A stretch of 63,203 nt of DNA from an uncultured Gemmatimonadaceae bacterium (GTDB taxonomy: Bacteria; Gemmatimonadota; Gemmatimonadetes; Gemmatimonadales; GWC2-71-9), in NCBI GenBank assembly GCA_964475685.1, contig CAYYXP010000258.1:1-63203 (forward strand), read 5' to 3'. Below are positions 40,604 through 49,819 of this stretch, piece by piece (position 1 is the first letter of the stretch; the number at the start of each line of letters is the position of its first letter). A program made the position numbers and the translations under genes. Under the pieces are notes generated by a model that was not told the origin of the DNA, ran no database searches, and saw nothing but the letters and a program-made list of their open reading frames with translations.

Positions 40604-40637
40604 CCCGCTCGGGTAAGTTGCCCCCTCGCAACGCCTG

Positions 40638-40725
40638 GGACAGGTGGCCGAGCGGTTGAAGGCGCACGCCTGGAGAGCGTGTAAACGTCAAAAGCGTTTC
40701 GAGGGTTCGAATCCCTCCCTGTCCG
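40638..40725 (+). tRNA. tRNA-Ser (anticodon GGA)
   Basis: Acceptor GGACAGG/CCTGTCC; anticodon arm CACGC-CTGGAGA-GCGTG; long variable arm; T arm GAGGG-TTCGAAT-CCCTC; discriminator G. Confidence 0.9.
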
Positions 40726-40768
40726 TCGGTTGCTTCGGGCGTGGTGCCACACTACCTTCCGGCTCCGA

Positions 40769-41305
40769 ATGCCCACCCGGACCCCCCTTCTCGACGACCG
40801 GGCGCTCGGCCGGACTCTCGTCCGGATGGCCACCGAGATCGTCGAACGTTGCCGCGGTACCGACGATCTCGTCCTGGTCGGCATTCAGCGCCGTGGGGTC
40901 GAACTCGCCGACCGCCTCAAGCGTCTCATCGATCACTCCGAAGGCTCCTCCGTTCCCTGCGGTAAACTCGACATCGCTCTCTATCGTGACGACCTCCAGA
41001 CCGTCGGCCCCCGGCCGGTGGTGGGAGAGACCCGTCTTCCCGATCTCGATGGCCGCACCGTGGTCATCGTGGACGACGTGCTCCACACCGGCCGCACGGT
41101 GCGCGCCGCTCTCGACGAGTGCGCCGATTTCGGGCGGCCCCGGCGGATCCTCCTCTGCGTGCTGATCGATCGCGGCGGCCGCGAGCTGCCCATCCAGGCC
41201 GACATCGTCGGCACGTCGGTCAACGCGGGGCCGGATGACCGGGTGGACGTGTTCGTGAGCGAGCTAGACGGGCGGGACGCCGTCGAGCTGGCGCGGGGAG
41301 AGTGA
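40769..41305 (+). CDS. pyrR: Bifunctional pyrimidine operon regulator / uracil phosphoribosyltransferase PyrR
   Basis: [24 protein letters not shown] loop [16 protein letters not shown] 40769 is preferred because ATG 40730 lies only 5 nt from the tRNA. Confidence 0.85.
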   Translation: MPTRTPLLDDRALGRTLVRMATEIVERCRGTDDLVLVGIQRRGVELADRLKRLIDHSEGSSVPCGKLDIALYRDDLQTVGPRPVVGETRLPDLDGRTVVIVDDVLHTGRTVRAALDECADFGRPRRILLCVLIDRGGRELPIQADIVGTSVNAGPDDRVDVFVSELDGRDAVELARGE

Positions 41306-41306
41306 C

Positions 41307-42269
41307 GTGACCGCCGCCTTGAACCTCGGCAAGGACCTGGTGGGACTCGAGGGCTTGAGCGCCGACCAGATCCGGCTGATTCTCGACACCGCGGAGCCGT
41401 TCAAGGAGGTGAGCGAGCGGCCCATCAAGAAGGTGCCGGCGCTCCGCGGGAAGACCATCGTCAATCTCTTCTTCGAGGCCTCGACCCGGACCCGCATTTC
41501 GTTCGAGTTCGCCGAGAAGCGGCTCAGCGCCGACACGGTGAACGTGGCGTCCGCCGGCTCCTCGGTGTCGAAGGGTGAGACGCTGGTGGACACCGCGCGC
41601 AACCTCGAGGCGATGCGGATCGACATGGTGGTCATCCGCCACGGCTCGTCGGGGGCGGCGCAGTTTCTCGGCCAGCGCATCCGCTCCAACGTCATCAACG
41701 CGGGAGACGGCAAGCACGAGCATCCGACGCAGGGGCTCCTCGACATCCTCACCCTGCGCGACCGGTTCAAGCGCATCGAGGGACTCAAGATCGCCATCTG
41801 CGGCGACATCCTGCACAGCCGCGTCGCCCGGAGCAACATCTGGGGGCTCACCAAACTGGGTGCTGAGGTGGGGGTCTGCGGCCCGGCGACGCTTCTGCCG
41901 CGGAACGTGCGCGAGCTCGGTGTGACGGTCCTCCCGCGCATCGAGGACGCGATCCAGTGGGCCGACGCCCTCAACGTGCTGCGTCTGCAGCTCGAGAGGA
42001 TGCAGGGGGGATTCCTGCCGTCGCTCCGCGAATACAACCGGGTCTTCGGCGTGACCACCGAGCGCCTCGCGCGCGCACCCAAGGACTTGCTGATCCTCCA
42101 CCCGGGGCCGATGAATCGCGGCGTCGAGATCGACAGCGACGTCGCCGACGGACCCCACAGCGTGATCCTTCCCCAGGTGACCAACGGCGTGGCGGTGCGG
42201 ATGGCGGTGCTCTATCTCCTGGCGGGCGGCTCGCCCGACTGGGCGCAGCAGGTCGGGGGAGGGGAATAG
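41307..42269 (+). CDS. pyrB: Aspartate carbamoyltransferase catalytic subunit
   Basis: [37 protein letters not shown] start. Confidence 0.92.
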   Translation: MTAALNLGKDLVGLEGLSADQIRLILDTAEPFKEVSERPIKKVPALRGKTIVNLFFEASTRTRISFEFAEKRLSADTVNVASAGSSVSKGETLVDTARNLEAMRIDMVVIRHGSSGAAQFLGQRIRSNVINAGDGKHEHPTQGLLDILTLRDRFKRIEGLKIAICGDILHSRVARSNIWGLTKLGAEVGVCGPATLLPRNVRELGVTVLPRIEDAIQWADALNVLRLQLERMQGGFLPSLREYNRVFGVTTERLARAPKDLLILHPGPMNRGVEIDSDVADGPHSVILPQVTNGVAVRMAVLYLLAGGSPDWAQQVGGGE

Positions 42270-42270
42270 C

Positions 42271-43551
42271 ATGCGCCCGATCATGATCCGGGGGGGACGG
42301 GTGCTCGATCCGTCTCGCAACGTGGACCAGGTCACCGATCTCTTTCTCCGGGACGGCAAGGTCGAGGCGCTCGGTCGCGACCTCGGCCGGCCGGATGACG
42401 CCTTGGTGGTGGACGCGAAAGGGAAGGTGGTGTCGCCCGGGCTGATTGATCTCCACGTGCACCTGCGCGAGCCGGGGCAGGAGGACATCGAGACGGTCGC
42501 CACCGGCGCGATGGCCGCGGCGGCGGGCGGCTTCTCCGCGGTGTGCGCCATGCCGAACACCGATCCCGTCACCGACAACCAGGCGGCGGTCGGCTTCATC
42601 GTGAGCCAGGCCCAGCGGGCCGGAAAGGCGCGTGTCTATCCGATCGGCGCGGTGACACTCGATCAGCAGGGCACGCAGCTCGCCGAGTTCGGGGAACTGG
42701 TCGGCGCGGGTGCGGTCGCGGTGAGCGACGATGGCAAGCCGGTCGCGTCGAGCCACATGATGCGCACGGCACTGGAGTACGCCCGGACCTTCGGCATTCC
42801 CGTGGCCGATCACTGCGAGGAGCCGACTCTCGCCGCCGGCGGCGTGATGCACGAGGGCATCGTGTCCACCCGGCTCGGCCTCAAGGGAATCCCCGCCGCC
42901 GCGGAGGAGATCATGGTGGCGCGGGACATCATCCTGGCGGAGCTGACCGGCGGGCACGTGCATCTCTGCCACATGTCCACCCGCGGCTCGGTCGAGCTGA
43001 TCCGCCGGGCCAAGGAGAAGGGGCTGAGGGTCACCTCCGAGGCGTGCCCGCACCATTTCACGCTGACCCACGACGCCTGCGAGGGGTACAACACCAACGC
43101 GAAGATGAATCCGCCGCTCCGCGAGCCGGAAGATCGTGAGGCGATCCGCCAGGCGCTCCGGGACGGGACGATCGACGTCATCTGCACCGATCATGCACCG
43201 CATCACTACGACGCCAAGGAGCGCGAGTTCGACGACGCCCCGAACGGGATCATCGGGCTGGAGACGGCCCTCGGCCTCGCCATCACCGAGCTGGTGGAGA
43301 GCGGCCTCATCGATCTGGCGACGCTGGTGCGGCGGATGAGCGAGATGCCGGCCCGCATCTTCGGCCTGCCGGGCGGTACGCTGGCTCCGGGCGCCGCGGC
43401 CGACGTCGTGGTGTTCGATCCCACCGCGCGGTGGACCGTTCAGCCGGACAGGTTCTTCTCCAAGAGCCGGAACACCCCCTTCACCGGTCGCGAGCTGCGC
43501 GGCCGGGCCGAGCTGACGATCGTACGGGGCCAGGTGGTGTTCGAGCGGTAG
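42271..43551 (+). CDS. pyrC: Dihydroorotase
   Basis: PGLIDLHVHLREPG, MPNTDP, TDHAPH. Confidence 0.92.
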   Translation: MRPIMIRGGRVLDPSRNVDQVTDLFLRDGKVEALGRDLGRPDDALVVDAKGKVVSPGLIDLHVHLREPGQEDIETVATGAMAAAAGGFSAVCAMPNTDPVTDNQAAVGFIVSQAQRAGKARVYPIGAVTLDQQGTQLAEFGELVGAGAVAVSDDGKPVASSHMMRTALEYARTFGIPVADHCEEPTLAAGGVMHEGIVSTRLGLKGIPAAAEEIMVARDIILAELTGGHVHLCHMSTRGSVELIRRAKEKGLRVTSEACPHHFTLTHDACEGYNTNAKMNPPLREPEDREAIRQALRDGTIDVICTDHAPHHYDAKEREFDDAPNGIIGLETALGLAITELVESGLIDLATLVRRMSEMPARIFGLPGGTLAPGAAADVVVFDPTARWTVQPDRFFSKSRNTPFTGRELRGRAELTIVRGQVVFER

Positions 43552-43700
43552 GCGCGCCAGCCAGCATCGATGCCCGGTCGCCGACTTCGCGGACGCGACC
43601 GGCGCGGCGGATACGGCTGGTTCCCAAAGCCCCGACCCGGTTAGATTTGCCGGTCAGCTTCCACTCCCGGACATCGAGCGGCTGAGAGGACCATCCCCCC

Positions 43701-44585
43701 ATGGGCACACCCTCGGAAACCGACACGACGATCGAAGCCCTACTCCAGCGGCGAGCGCAGTTCGAGCAATGGCTCGCCCGTCTCGAGGCCGCCGGCGACA
43801 AGGCGCCACCGGCGGTGCGCCAGCGGGTGCGGGCCGACTACGAGGGGCGGCTCAAGGGGGTCATCGACGAGCTTCGGGGCCACGCGGCCACGATCAGCGA
43901 GGAGCTGGAGCGCCATCGGGGGGCCCAGGCCAAGCTCGACGGCGAGTGCAAGCAGGCGGAAGAGGCGCTCGCGGAGGCGGAGGTGAGGCACGCCGTCGGA
44001 GAGTACTCCGAGGATGAGTGGCGCGGCATCAGCGACCGGAGCCAGTCAAATCTCGGACGGCTGCGCCAGGAGCTGAGCGCCGTCGGCGACGAGATCTCCC
44101 GTCTGGCGGAGGTCCAGTCGCTGATCGCCTCGACCCCCCGTCGCGTCGACCCCGCGCCGAGTGTCGATCGCCCCGCGCCGGCGACGGTCTTGCAACCCGA
44201 GCTCGAGATCGACCACGCGACGCCGCCGCCGACTCCTTCACCTTACCCCCCGGCGGCGGCCTCGCGTTCCACTCCGCCGCCACGGCGGGAGCCGGCGCCA
44301 GTTCAGGCGGTGCCACCCGGCGACGAGTTGGCGTTTCTCAAGTCGGTGTCGGAGGAGGAGAAGAAGCCCGCCACCCGGCGAGCGAGCAATCCGGGAGGCG
44401 GACCCGGCCAGGCGGCTGCGCGCGCCGCAGATGCGCCGTCCCCCGCGGCCGCGGCGGCCGTGCCGGCAGGGAAGACGGCCACGCCGTCCGGCGCCAAGAC
44501 ACTCAAGTGCGGCGAATGCGGGACGCTGAATCGACCGACGGAGTGGTATTGCGAGCGGTGCGGGGGGGAGTTGGCGGGGTTGTAG
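43701..44585 (+). CDS. Hypothetical coiled-coil protein with a Pro/Ala-rich linker and a C-terminal zinc-ribbon
   Basis: The N-terminal ~140 aa are heptad-like (EQWLARLEAAG...LSAVGDEISRLAEVQSL). A low-complexity P/A-rich middle follows. The C-terminus reads CGECGTLNRPTEWYCERCGGEL (CxxC-N11-CxxC). Confidence 0.6.
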   Translation: MGTPSETDTTIEALLQRRAQFEQWLARLEAAGDKAPPAVRQRVRADYEGRLKGVIDELRGHAATISEELERHRGAQAKLDGECKQAEEALAEAEVRHAVGEYSEDEWRGISDRSQSNLGRLRQELSAVGDEISRLAEVQSLIASTPRRVDPAPSVDRPAPATVLQPELEIDHATPPPTPSPYPPAAASRSTPPPRREPAPVQAVPPGDELAFLKSVSEEEKKPATRRASNPGGGPGQAAARAADAPSPAAAAAVPAGKTATPSGAKTLKCGECGTLNRPTEWYCERCGGELAGL

Positions 44586-44589
44586 TTGA

Positions 44590-44614
44590 CTATCAGCTAT
44601 CAGCAGTCAGCTAT
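44590..44614. repeat. Tandem heptamer repeat (about 3.5 copies)
   Basis: CTATCAG CTATCAG CAGTCAG CTAT, starting 5 nt after the stop of the 43701-44585 gene. Confidence 0.6.
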
Positions 44615-44669
44615 TGGAGTTAGACTGCTCACTTAAAGTTATTTCTGTAGAAATTCCGCGACACGCGAA

Positions 44670-44707
44670 GGGCTCGGCAAAGCGCGCCGGGCCCTGTTTG
44701 TTTCTCT
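44670..44707 (+). terminator. Rho-independent terminator (+ orientation)
   Basis: 9-bp stem GGGCTCGGC / GCCGGGCCC (one G-U pair) with a 7-nt loop, followed by TGTTTGTTTCTCT. Confidence 0.6.
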
Positions 44708-44713
44708 GTAACC

Positions 44714-44968
44714 TTACTTCTTCCCCCCGGCCACCAACTTGGCCAGCCGGCTCTTCTGGCGGGCGGCGGTATTCGGATGAATGAGCCGCTTGCGCCCGGC
44801 GCGGTCCAGCAGCTTCACAGCCGCAGCGTACGCCTCCTTGCCCTCGCCCGCGGCGGCGGCGCGCACCTGCTTGAGGGCCGTGCGCAGCTTGCTCCGCTGC
44901 GTCCGGTTGAGCGCGGTGTGGGTCTTGGCTTGGCGCATACGCTTCTTGGCGGATTCGATTCTCGGCAC
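44714..44968 (-). CDS. rpsT: 30S ribosomal protein S20
   Basis: PRIESAKKRMRQAKTHTALNRTQRSKLRTALK... ending in a basic tail. The start is taken at GTG 44968 with AGAGG 5 nt upstream. The track ORF extends to 45055, but that extension has no homology. Confidence 0.85.
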   Translation of the reverse strand: MPRIESAKKRMRQAKTHTALNRTQRSKLRTALKQVRAAAAGEGKEAYAAAVKLLDRAGRKRLIHPNTAARQKSRLAKLVAGGKK

Positions 44969-45026
44969 GACCACCTCTGCTTGAACGAAGGTCCCTCGCC
45001 GGACACTGCCGGCGCGAAGGGGGGTA

Positions 45027-45055
45027 AAGGTACCGGTCAGCCCATGCAAGGTCAA
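45027..45055 (-). promoter_or_regulatory. Candidate sigma-70-type promoter for rpsT
   Basis: On the minus strand: TTGACC (45055-45050), 17-nt spacer, TACCTT (45032-45027), about 60 nt upstream of the rpsT start. Confidence 0.3.
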
Positions 45056-45068
45056 GCGGGACGGCGCT

Positions 45069-45097
45069 TTGACTTGACTCCCGAGGCTGCTTAACCT
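45069..45097 (+). promoter_or_regulatory. Candidate sigma-70-type promoter for the M50 protease / scpAB operon
   Basis: TTGACT (45069-45074), 17-nt spacer, TAACCT (45092-45097). Divergent from the rpsT promoter. Confidence 0.3.
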
Positions 45098-45164
45098 TCA
45101 CCCTTCCGCCTCCCGGGATCGTGTTCTGGAATCTCACCTCACCGACTTCGTCCTCGCGCTTCCG

Positions 45165-45818
45165 ATGCTCGTCTTCGCCATGGTGGCGCACGAGTACGCC
45201 CACGGCGCCGTCGCCCTGCAGCAAGGCGACGATACCGCCTATGTCCTGGGGCGGGTGACGCTGAATCCCTTGCCGCACATCGATCCGGTCATGAGCCTCC
45301 TCCTTCCGGCGCTGCTCTGGTTCGGTTCCGGGGGACGATTCACTTTTGGCGGCGCCAAGCCGGTGCCGATCAATTCGAGGAAGTTCAGGAACTTCAAGCG
45401 CGGCGATATCCTCGTCTCCGCGGCGGGCGTGGCCACCAACTTCTTTCTGGCCTTCGTCTGGTCGCTGGTGTTCGTGCTGCTGGGTCTGGCCGGGCGGGCG
45501 ATGCCGGGGGCGACCGGTGCCTTGGAGGCGGCGCAGCGGATGATGGTGCACGGCATCTGGCTCAATCTGGTCCTGTGCTTCTTCAACCTCATTCCGGTTC
45601 CTCCCCTCGACGGCTCGCACCTTCTCTACCACGCGCTGCCGCCGAAAGCGGGTGAGTGGTACCGCGGGCTCCAGCGATTCGGGTATCTTCCGATCTTCGC
45701 GCTCATGTTTCTCTTTCGACCGCTCATGGAGGTCCTCCTGACTCCGGCATTCACCATCATGAATCTGCTCGGCGCCCTTATCGCGCCGTATCAGGTCGGC
45801 CCCGCCGGAGTTGTCTAG
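45165..45818 (+). CDS. Site-2 protease family (peptidase M50) membrane metalloprotease
   Basis: HEYAHG (HExxH), LNPLPHIDP, NLIPVPPLDGSH. No other canonical in-frame start lies upstream before the stop at 45075. Confidence 0.8.
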   Translation: MLVFAMVAHEYAHGAVALQQGDDTAYVLGRVTLNPLPHIDPVMSLLLPALLWFGSGGRFTFGGAKPVPINSRKFRNFKRGDILVSAAGVATNFFLAFVWSLVFVLLGLAGRAMPGATGALEAAQRMMVHGIWLNLVLCFFNLIPVPPLDGSHLLYHALPPKAGEWYRGLQRFGYLPIFALMFLFRPLMEVLLTPAFTIMNLLGALIAPYQVGPAGVV

Positions 45819-46570
45819 TGGGCGCGACGATTCCCGAGGCCCCGACCACCGCGCTCGGCGCCGGCCCGGCGTTCGTCGTCGAATTCGAGGCGTTCTCCGG
45901 GCCGCTCGACCTTCTCCTCCACCTCCTCCGCGAAGAGCAGCTCGAGATCGCCGACATTCCCATCAGGCGGATCGCCGATCAGTTTCTCCGGGCCATCCAC
46001 GAGCTGGGCCTCAACCAGGCCGCCGACTATCTCGACATGGCGAGCCGGCTGGTCCGCCTGAAGGCCCAGATGCTGCTCCCGCGGGGGGCGGACGACGATC
46101 AGTGGGAGGACCCGCGCGCCGAGCTGGTGCGGCGGCTGCTGGAGTATCAGCAGATTCGCGAGATCGCCGTCTGGCTCGGCCGGGCGGCGGCGCGGCGCGC
46201 GGAGCAGTTCCCCCGCGGCTACCTCCCGCCGGCGCCCGAGGTTGCCTCGCCGCCGCTGACGCTGGACATGATGGACATGCTCCAGGCGGTGGAGCGGGTG
46301 ATCGCCGCGATTCCCTCGCCGGTGCTGCATCGCGTGGTCGTGCGCCCTCTCGATGTCGAAGGCGCCACCCGCCGCATCGAGCAGCTCCTCGAGGAGCGGG
46401 GAGAATTCGGCTGGATGGAGGCGCTGTGCCCCCATCCCACCATCGTCGACGTTCTGTCTACCCTGCTGGCGGTGCTCGAGCTTGCCAGGCGGGGTGTGCT
46501 CCGACTCGTTCAACCGGCCGCCTTCGCGCCCATGGTGATCGCCCGTGACTCCACTCGCCCAGCTGCTTGA
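45818..46570 (+). CDS. scpA: Segregation and condensation protein A
   Basis: FSGPLDLLLHLLREEQLEIADIPI, YLDMASRLVRLKAQMLLP. GTG 45818 overlaps the preceding TAG by 1 nt. Confidence 0.85.
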   Translation: MGATIPEAPTTALGAGPAFVVEFEAFSGPLDLLLHLLREEQLEIADIPIRRIADQFLRAIHELGLNQAADYLDMASRLVRLKAQMLLPRGADDDQWEDPRAELVRRLLEYQQIREIAVWLGRAAARRAEQFPRGYLPPAPEVASPPLTLDMMDMLQAVERVIAAIPSPVLHRVVVRPLDVEGATRRIEQLLEERGEFGWMEALCPHPTIVDVLSTLLAVLELARRGVLRLVQPAAFAPMVIARDSTRPAA

Positions 46571-47129
46571 AGCCGCGCTGTTCAGCGCCGTCCGACCGCT
46601 CACCGTCGAAGAGCTCGCCACCCTCGACCCGGAAGCGGGGCTGGCGGACGTCCGCATGGCGCTCGATCAGGTCCGGGAGCACTACGACTTCGAGCAGCAC
46701 GGCGTCGAGCTGGTCGAGCTGGCGGGCGGCTTCCAGATCCTCACCCGGGCGGTTCACGCCGCGGCCATCGAGCGGGCCCACTTTTCCGTTCGCGCCCCCA
46801 AGCTGACCGCGGCGGCGCTCGAGACGCTCGCGGTGATCGCCTACCGCCAGCCGGTGGGCCGGGCGGAGATCGAGGAGATCCGCGGCGTGTCCGCTGGCGG
46901 GGTGCTCCGTTCGCTGCACGAGCGGGGGCTGATCGAGGTGGTGGGCCGGGGCGAGGCGCTCGGGCGGCCCCTGCTGTACGGCACCGCGCCGATGTTCCTC
47001 GAGCTGCTGGGGCTCAAGGACGTGGCCGACCTGCCCCGGGCCGAGGAGCTCACCATCGCGCTCCATCCCCACCGCGCGGTGGCGGAGGGGGCCGATGACG
47101 CGGCGGCCTACGTCGAGGCGGAATCGTGA
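46545..47129 (+). CDS. scpB: Segregation and condensation protein B
   Basis: LLEAALFSAVRPLTVEEL, LETLAVIAYRQPVGRAEIEEIRGV, GRPLLYGT. Confidence 0.85.
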   Translation: MTPLAQLLEAALFSAVRPLTVEELATLDPEAGLADVRMALDQVREHYDFEQHGVELVELAGGFQILTRAVHAAAIERAHFSVRAPKLTAAALETLAVIAYRQPVGRAEIEEIRGVSAGGVLRSLHERGLIEVVGRGEALGRPLLYGTAPMFLELLGLKDVADLPRAEELTIALHPHRAVAEGADDAAAYVEAES

Positions 47130-47857
47130 GCGAGATGCGGCTCCAGCGGGCGCTTGCCCGCGCCGGAGTCGCGTCGCGCCGGGCAGCCGAGGAGTTGATC
47201 GAGGGCGGACGGGTCCGGGTGGATGGCCAGGTGGCGACGCTGGGAATGAAGGTGGATCCCCTGCGCCAGCGGATCACCGTGGGCGGGCGCGCTGTGAAGC
47301 AAGTGGAGCGTCGCTGGCTCGCCTTCCACAAGCCGCTCGGGGTGGTCACCACGGCGAGCGACGAGGAAGGCCGCCGCACCGTCTTCGACCTGATTCCCCA
47401 TCATGCCGGTCTCAACTACGTCGGCCGGCTCGACGTCATGACCACCGGGCTCCTTCTCCTCACGACCGATGGAGAGGCGGCGCACCGTCTCACCCACCCG
47501 CGGCACCACATTCCCCGGCGGTATACCGCGCTCGTGCACGGCCGCCCCACAGCGGAGATTGCGAAAGCCGTGCGCGAACGCATCGTCATCGACCGGCGGC
47601 CGGTGATCGCGTCGGACACGCGTGTGCGGCCCGGGAGCGAAGGCCGGAGCATCGTGGACGTCACCCTGGCGGAAGGGCGGAACCGCATCGTGCGGCTTTG
47701 GTGCGAGGCGATGGGACTGAAGGTGGATCGCCTCGCTCGGCTCTCCTACGGCCCCATCCGGCTGGGCGACCTCGCCCCGGGCCGTTCGCGGCCGCTCACA
47801 CCCCGGGAGGAAGCGGCGCTCTACAAGGCGATCCGAATGGACCCGGACGCCGGATGA
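47126..47857 (+). CDS. RsuA/RluB-family pseudouridine synthase with an S4 domain
   Basis: GTGA overlap. S4 domain RLQRALARAGVASRRAAEELIEGGRV; catalytic GRLDVMTTGLLLLT. Confidence 0.85.
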   Translation: MSEMRLQRALARAGVASRRAAEELIEGGRVRVDGQVATLGMKVDPLRQRITVGGRAVKQVERRWLAFHKPLGVVTTASDEEGRRTVFDLIPHHAGLNYVGRLDVMTTGLLLLTTDGEAAHRLTHPRHHIPRRYTALVHGRPTAEIAKAVRERIVIDRRPVIASDTRVRPGSEGRSIVDVTLAEGRNRIVRLWCEAMGLKVDRLARLSYGPIRLGDLAPGRSRPLTPREEAALYKAIRMDPDAG

Positions 47858-47926
47858 CACATTGCCCGCGCCCGGGGGTGACGCCCCCGCCACCTTTCCC
47901 GCGGTAACCCTCAGGAGCCCCGCAGC

Positions 47927-48904
47927 GTGAGCGCCAAGCCGACCGACATTCCGGGTGACACGCTTTCCGTGCAACCCATACTCAGGGAAGTCTCCCGCCG
48001 CATCGTGGGACAGGATGCCATGGTCGAGCGGCTCCTGGTGGGGCTCCTCACCGGGGGCCACATCCTGCTCGAAGGGGTACCCGGGCTCGCCAAGACGCTT
48101 GCCGTCCGCACCCTGGCGGAGATCATCCACGCCTCGTTTTCCCGCATCCAGTTCACGCCCGACCTGTTGCCGGCCGATCTGATCGGGACGATGGTCTTCG
48201 ATCAGAAGACGCAGGACTTCCACGTCAAGAAGGGGCCGCTGTTCGCCCAGATCATTCTGGCGGACGAGATCAACCGCGCTCCGGCCAAGGTCCAGGCGGC
48301 GCTGCTCGAGGCGATGCAGGAGCACCAGGTGACGATCGGCGGCACCACCTTCCCGCTGGAAGAGCCGTTCATGGTTCTGGCCACGCAGAACCCCATCGAG
48401 AGCGAAGGCACCTACCCGCTTCCCGAGGCGCAGCTCGACCGTTTCATGCTCAAGGTCCGCGTCGGCTATCCGTCGCGCGACGAAGAGAAGGAGGTGCTGT
48501 TGCGCATGAGCGGTGGGCGGGAAATCCCGGTCGAGCGACTCCTCAGGCCCTCGACGATCCTGGAAACCCGTTCGGCGATCGCCGGCCTCTACATGGACCA
48601 GAAGGTGGTGGACTACATCGTTGACCTGGTGCGGGCGACTCGCGATCCGTCGAGCGTCGGCCTCAACGACCTGAAGCCCCTGGTGGCCTTCGGCGCCTCC
48701 CCGCGCGCCTCCATCGCCCTGGCGCAGGCGGCGCGGGCCCACGCCTTCCTCCGGGGGCGCCGCTACGTGGTACCCGAGGATGTGCGCGCGCTGGCGCCCG
48801 ACGTGCTGCGGCACCGCATCGTGCTCACCTTCGAGGCGGAGGCTGAGGACACGACCACGGACGATGTGGTGGCGAAGGTCCTGGCGGCGTTGAAGGTGCC
48901 GTGA
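47927..48904 (+). CDS. moxR: MoxR-family AAA+ ATPase
   Basis: ILLEGVPGLAKT (Walker A), ILADEINRAPAKVQAALLEAM (Walker B / sensor), NPIESEGTYPLPEAQLDRF. Confidence 0.9.
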   Translation: MSAKPTDIPGDTLSVQPILREVSRRIVGQDAMVERLLVGLLTGGHILLEGVPGLAKTLAVRTLAEIIHASFSRIQFTPDLLPADLIGTMVFDQKTQDFHVKKGPLFAQIILADEINRAPAKVQAALLEAMQEHQVTIGGTTFPLEEPFMVLATQNPIESEGTYPLPEAQLDRFMLKVRVGYPSRDEEKEVLLRMSGGREIPVERLLRPSTILETRSAIAGLYMDQKVVDYIVDLVRATRDPSSVGLNDLKPLVAFGASPRASIALAQAARAHAFLRGRRYVVPEDVRALAPDVLRHRIVLTFEAEAEDTTTDDVVAKVLAALKVP

Positions 48905-48907
48905 TCG

Positions 48908-48926
48908 GCCGATAGCCGATAGCCGA
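48908..48926. repeat. Tandem heptamer repeat (about 2.7 copies)
   Basis: GCCGATA GCCGATA GCCGA in the 27-nt spacer between the MoxR and DUF58 genes. Confidence 0.6.
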
Positions 48927-48931
48927 CGCCC

Positions 48932-49819
48932 ATGCCCCCCGTCTCCCCCGAAATCCTGAAGCAGGTCAAGGGCATCGAGCTGCGCACCCGCGGGCTGGTC
49001 GGCTCGTTGTTCGCCGGCGAGTACCGTTCCGTCTTCCGGGGGCAGGGGATGGAGTTCGCCGAGGTGCGCGCCTACGAACAGGGCGACGACTTCCGGACCA
49101 TCGATTGGAACGTCTCCGCCCGCCTCGCCAGCCCCTACGTCAAGACCTTCACCGAGGAGCGCGAGCTGACGCTCATGCTCCTGGTGGACCAGTCCGGCTC
49201 GACCCGGTTCGGCGAACCCCTCACCAAGGCCTCGCTCGCCGTCGAGGTGGCCGCGGTGCTCGCGCTGGCCGCGGCGCACCAGAACGATCGTGTCGGCGCT
49301 CTCCTCTTCGCCGACGAAGTCGAACGGGTCATTCCTCCCCGCAAGGGGCGGCGTCATGCGCTCCGCGTCATTCGCGACCTCGTGGCGTTCGAGCCTGCCG
49401 GCCGGCGGACCAACCTGGCCGCCAGCCTCTCCTATGCCAGCCGGCTTCTCCGCCATCGCAGCATCGTCGTGATTCTGTCGGATTTCATCGCGGAGGCGTG
49501 GGAGCGTCCCTTGCGCCGCCTCGCCGCGCGGCACGAGGTGGTCGCGATTACCGTGGATGATCCGCGGGAGCACGAGCTGCCCGAGTCGGGATGGATCGAG
49601 ATGCTCGACGCCGAGACGGGGCAGCGGATCCTGGTGGACACCGGGAGCCGCCAGGTCCGGGAACGGGTCGGGCAACGTGCCGCCCGGCGTCTCGAGGAGC
49701 GGAGCCGCGCGCTCGCCGGCGCCGGTGCGGATCAGGTGAGCCTGGAGACCGGCATCCCCTACGCCCTCCCGCTGCGGCGGGCCTTCGCCCGCCGGGCCAG
49801 GCGGATCCACCGCAGATGA
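48932..49819 (+). CDS. DUF58 domain protein (MoxR partner)
   Basis: GEYRSVFRGQGMEFAEVRAYEQGDDFRTIDWNVSAR and LLVDQSGS are typical of DUF58. Confidence 0.85.
   Translation: MPPVSPEILKQVKGIELRTRGLVGSLFAGEYRSVFRGQGMEFAEVRAYEQGDDFRTIDWNVSARLASPYVKTFTEERELTLMLLVDQSGSTRFGEPLTKASLAVEVAAVLALAAAHQNDRVGALLFADEVERVIPPRKGRRHALRVIRDLVAFEPAGRRTNLAASLSYASRLLRHRSIVVILSDFIAEAWERPLRRLAARHEVVAITVDDPREHELPESGWIEMLDAETGQRILVDTGSRQVRERVGQRAARRLEERSRALAGAGADQVSLETGIPYALPLRRAFARRARRIHRR

Noticed and set aside
24117-40637. A possible genomic island bounded by two + strand tRNA-Ser genes with identical acceptor stems.
   Set aside because: There is no integrase, transposase or phage gene, and I could not find a partial tRNA 3'-end direct repeat. 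The content is metabolic housekeeping with the same codon style as the flanks.
40726-40768. A PyrR-binding attenuator RNA upstream of pyrR or pyrB.
   Set aside because: The leader is only 43 nt and lacks the PyrR-binding loop consensus (UCCAGAGAGG-like). The 1-nt pyrR-pyrB gap leaves no room for one there either.
44590-44614. The heptamer tandem repeats here and at 48908-48926, considered as CRISPR-like or minisatellite arrays.
   Set aside because: There are only 2.7-3.5 copies of a 7-nt unit, with no spacers and no cas genes. They are recorded as simple repeats only.
47873-47900. A hairpin, CGGGGG-TGACG-CCCCCG, after the pseudouridine synthase gene, considered as a terminator.
   Set aside because: The stem is only 6 bp and the tail (CCACCTTTCCC) is weak. 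That is not enough to call a terminator before the moxR operon.
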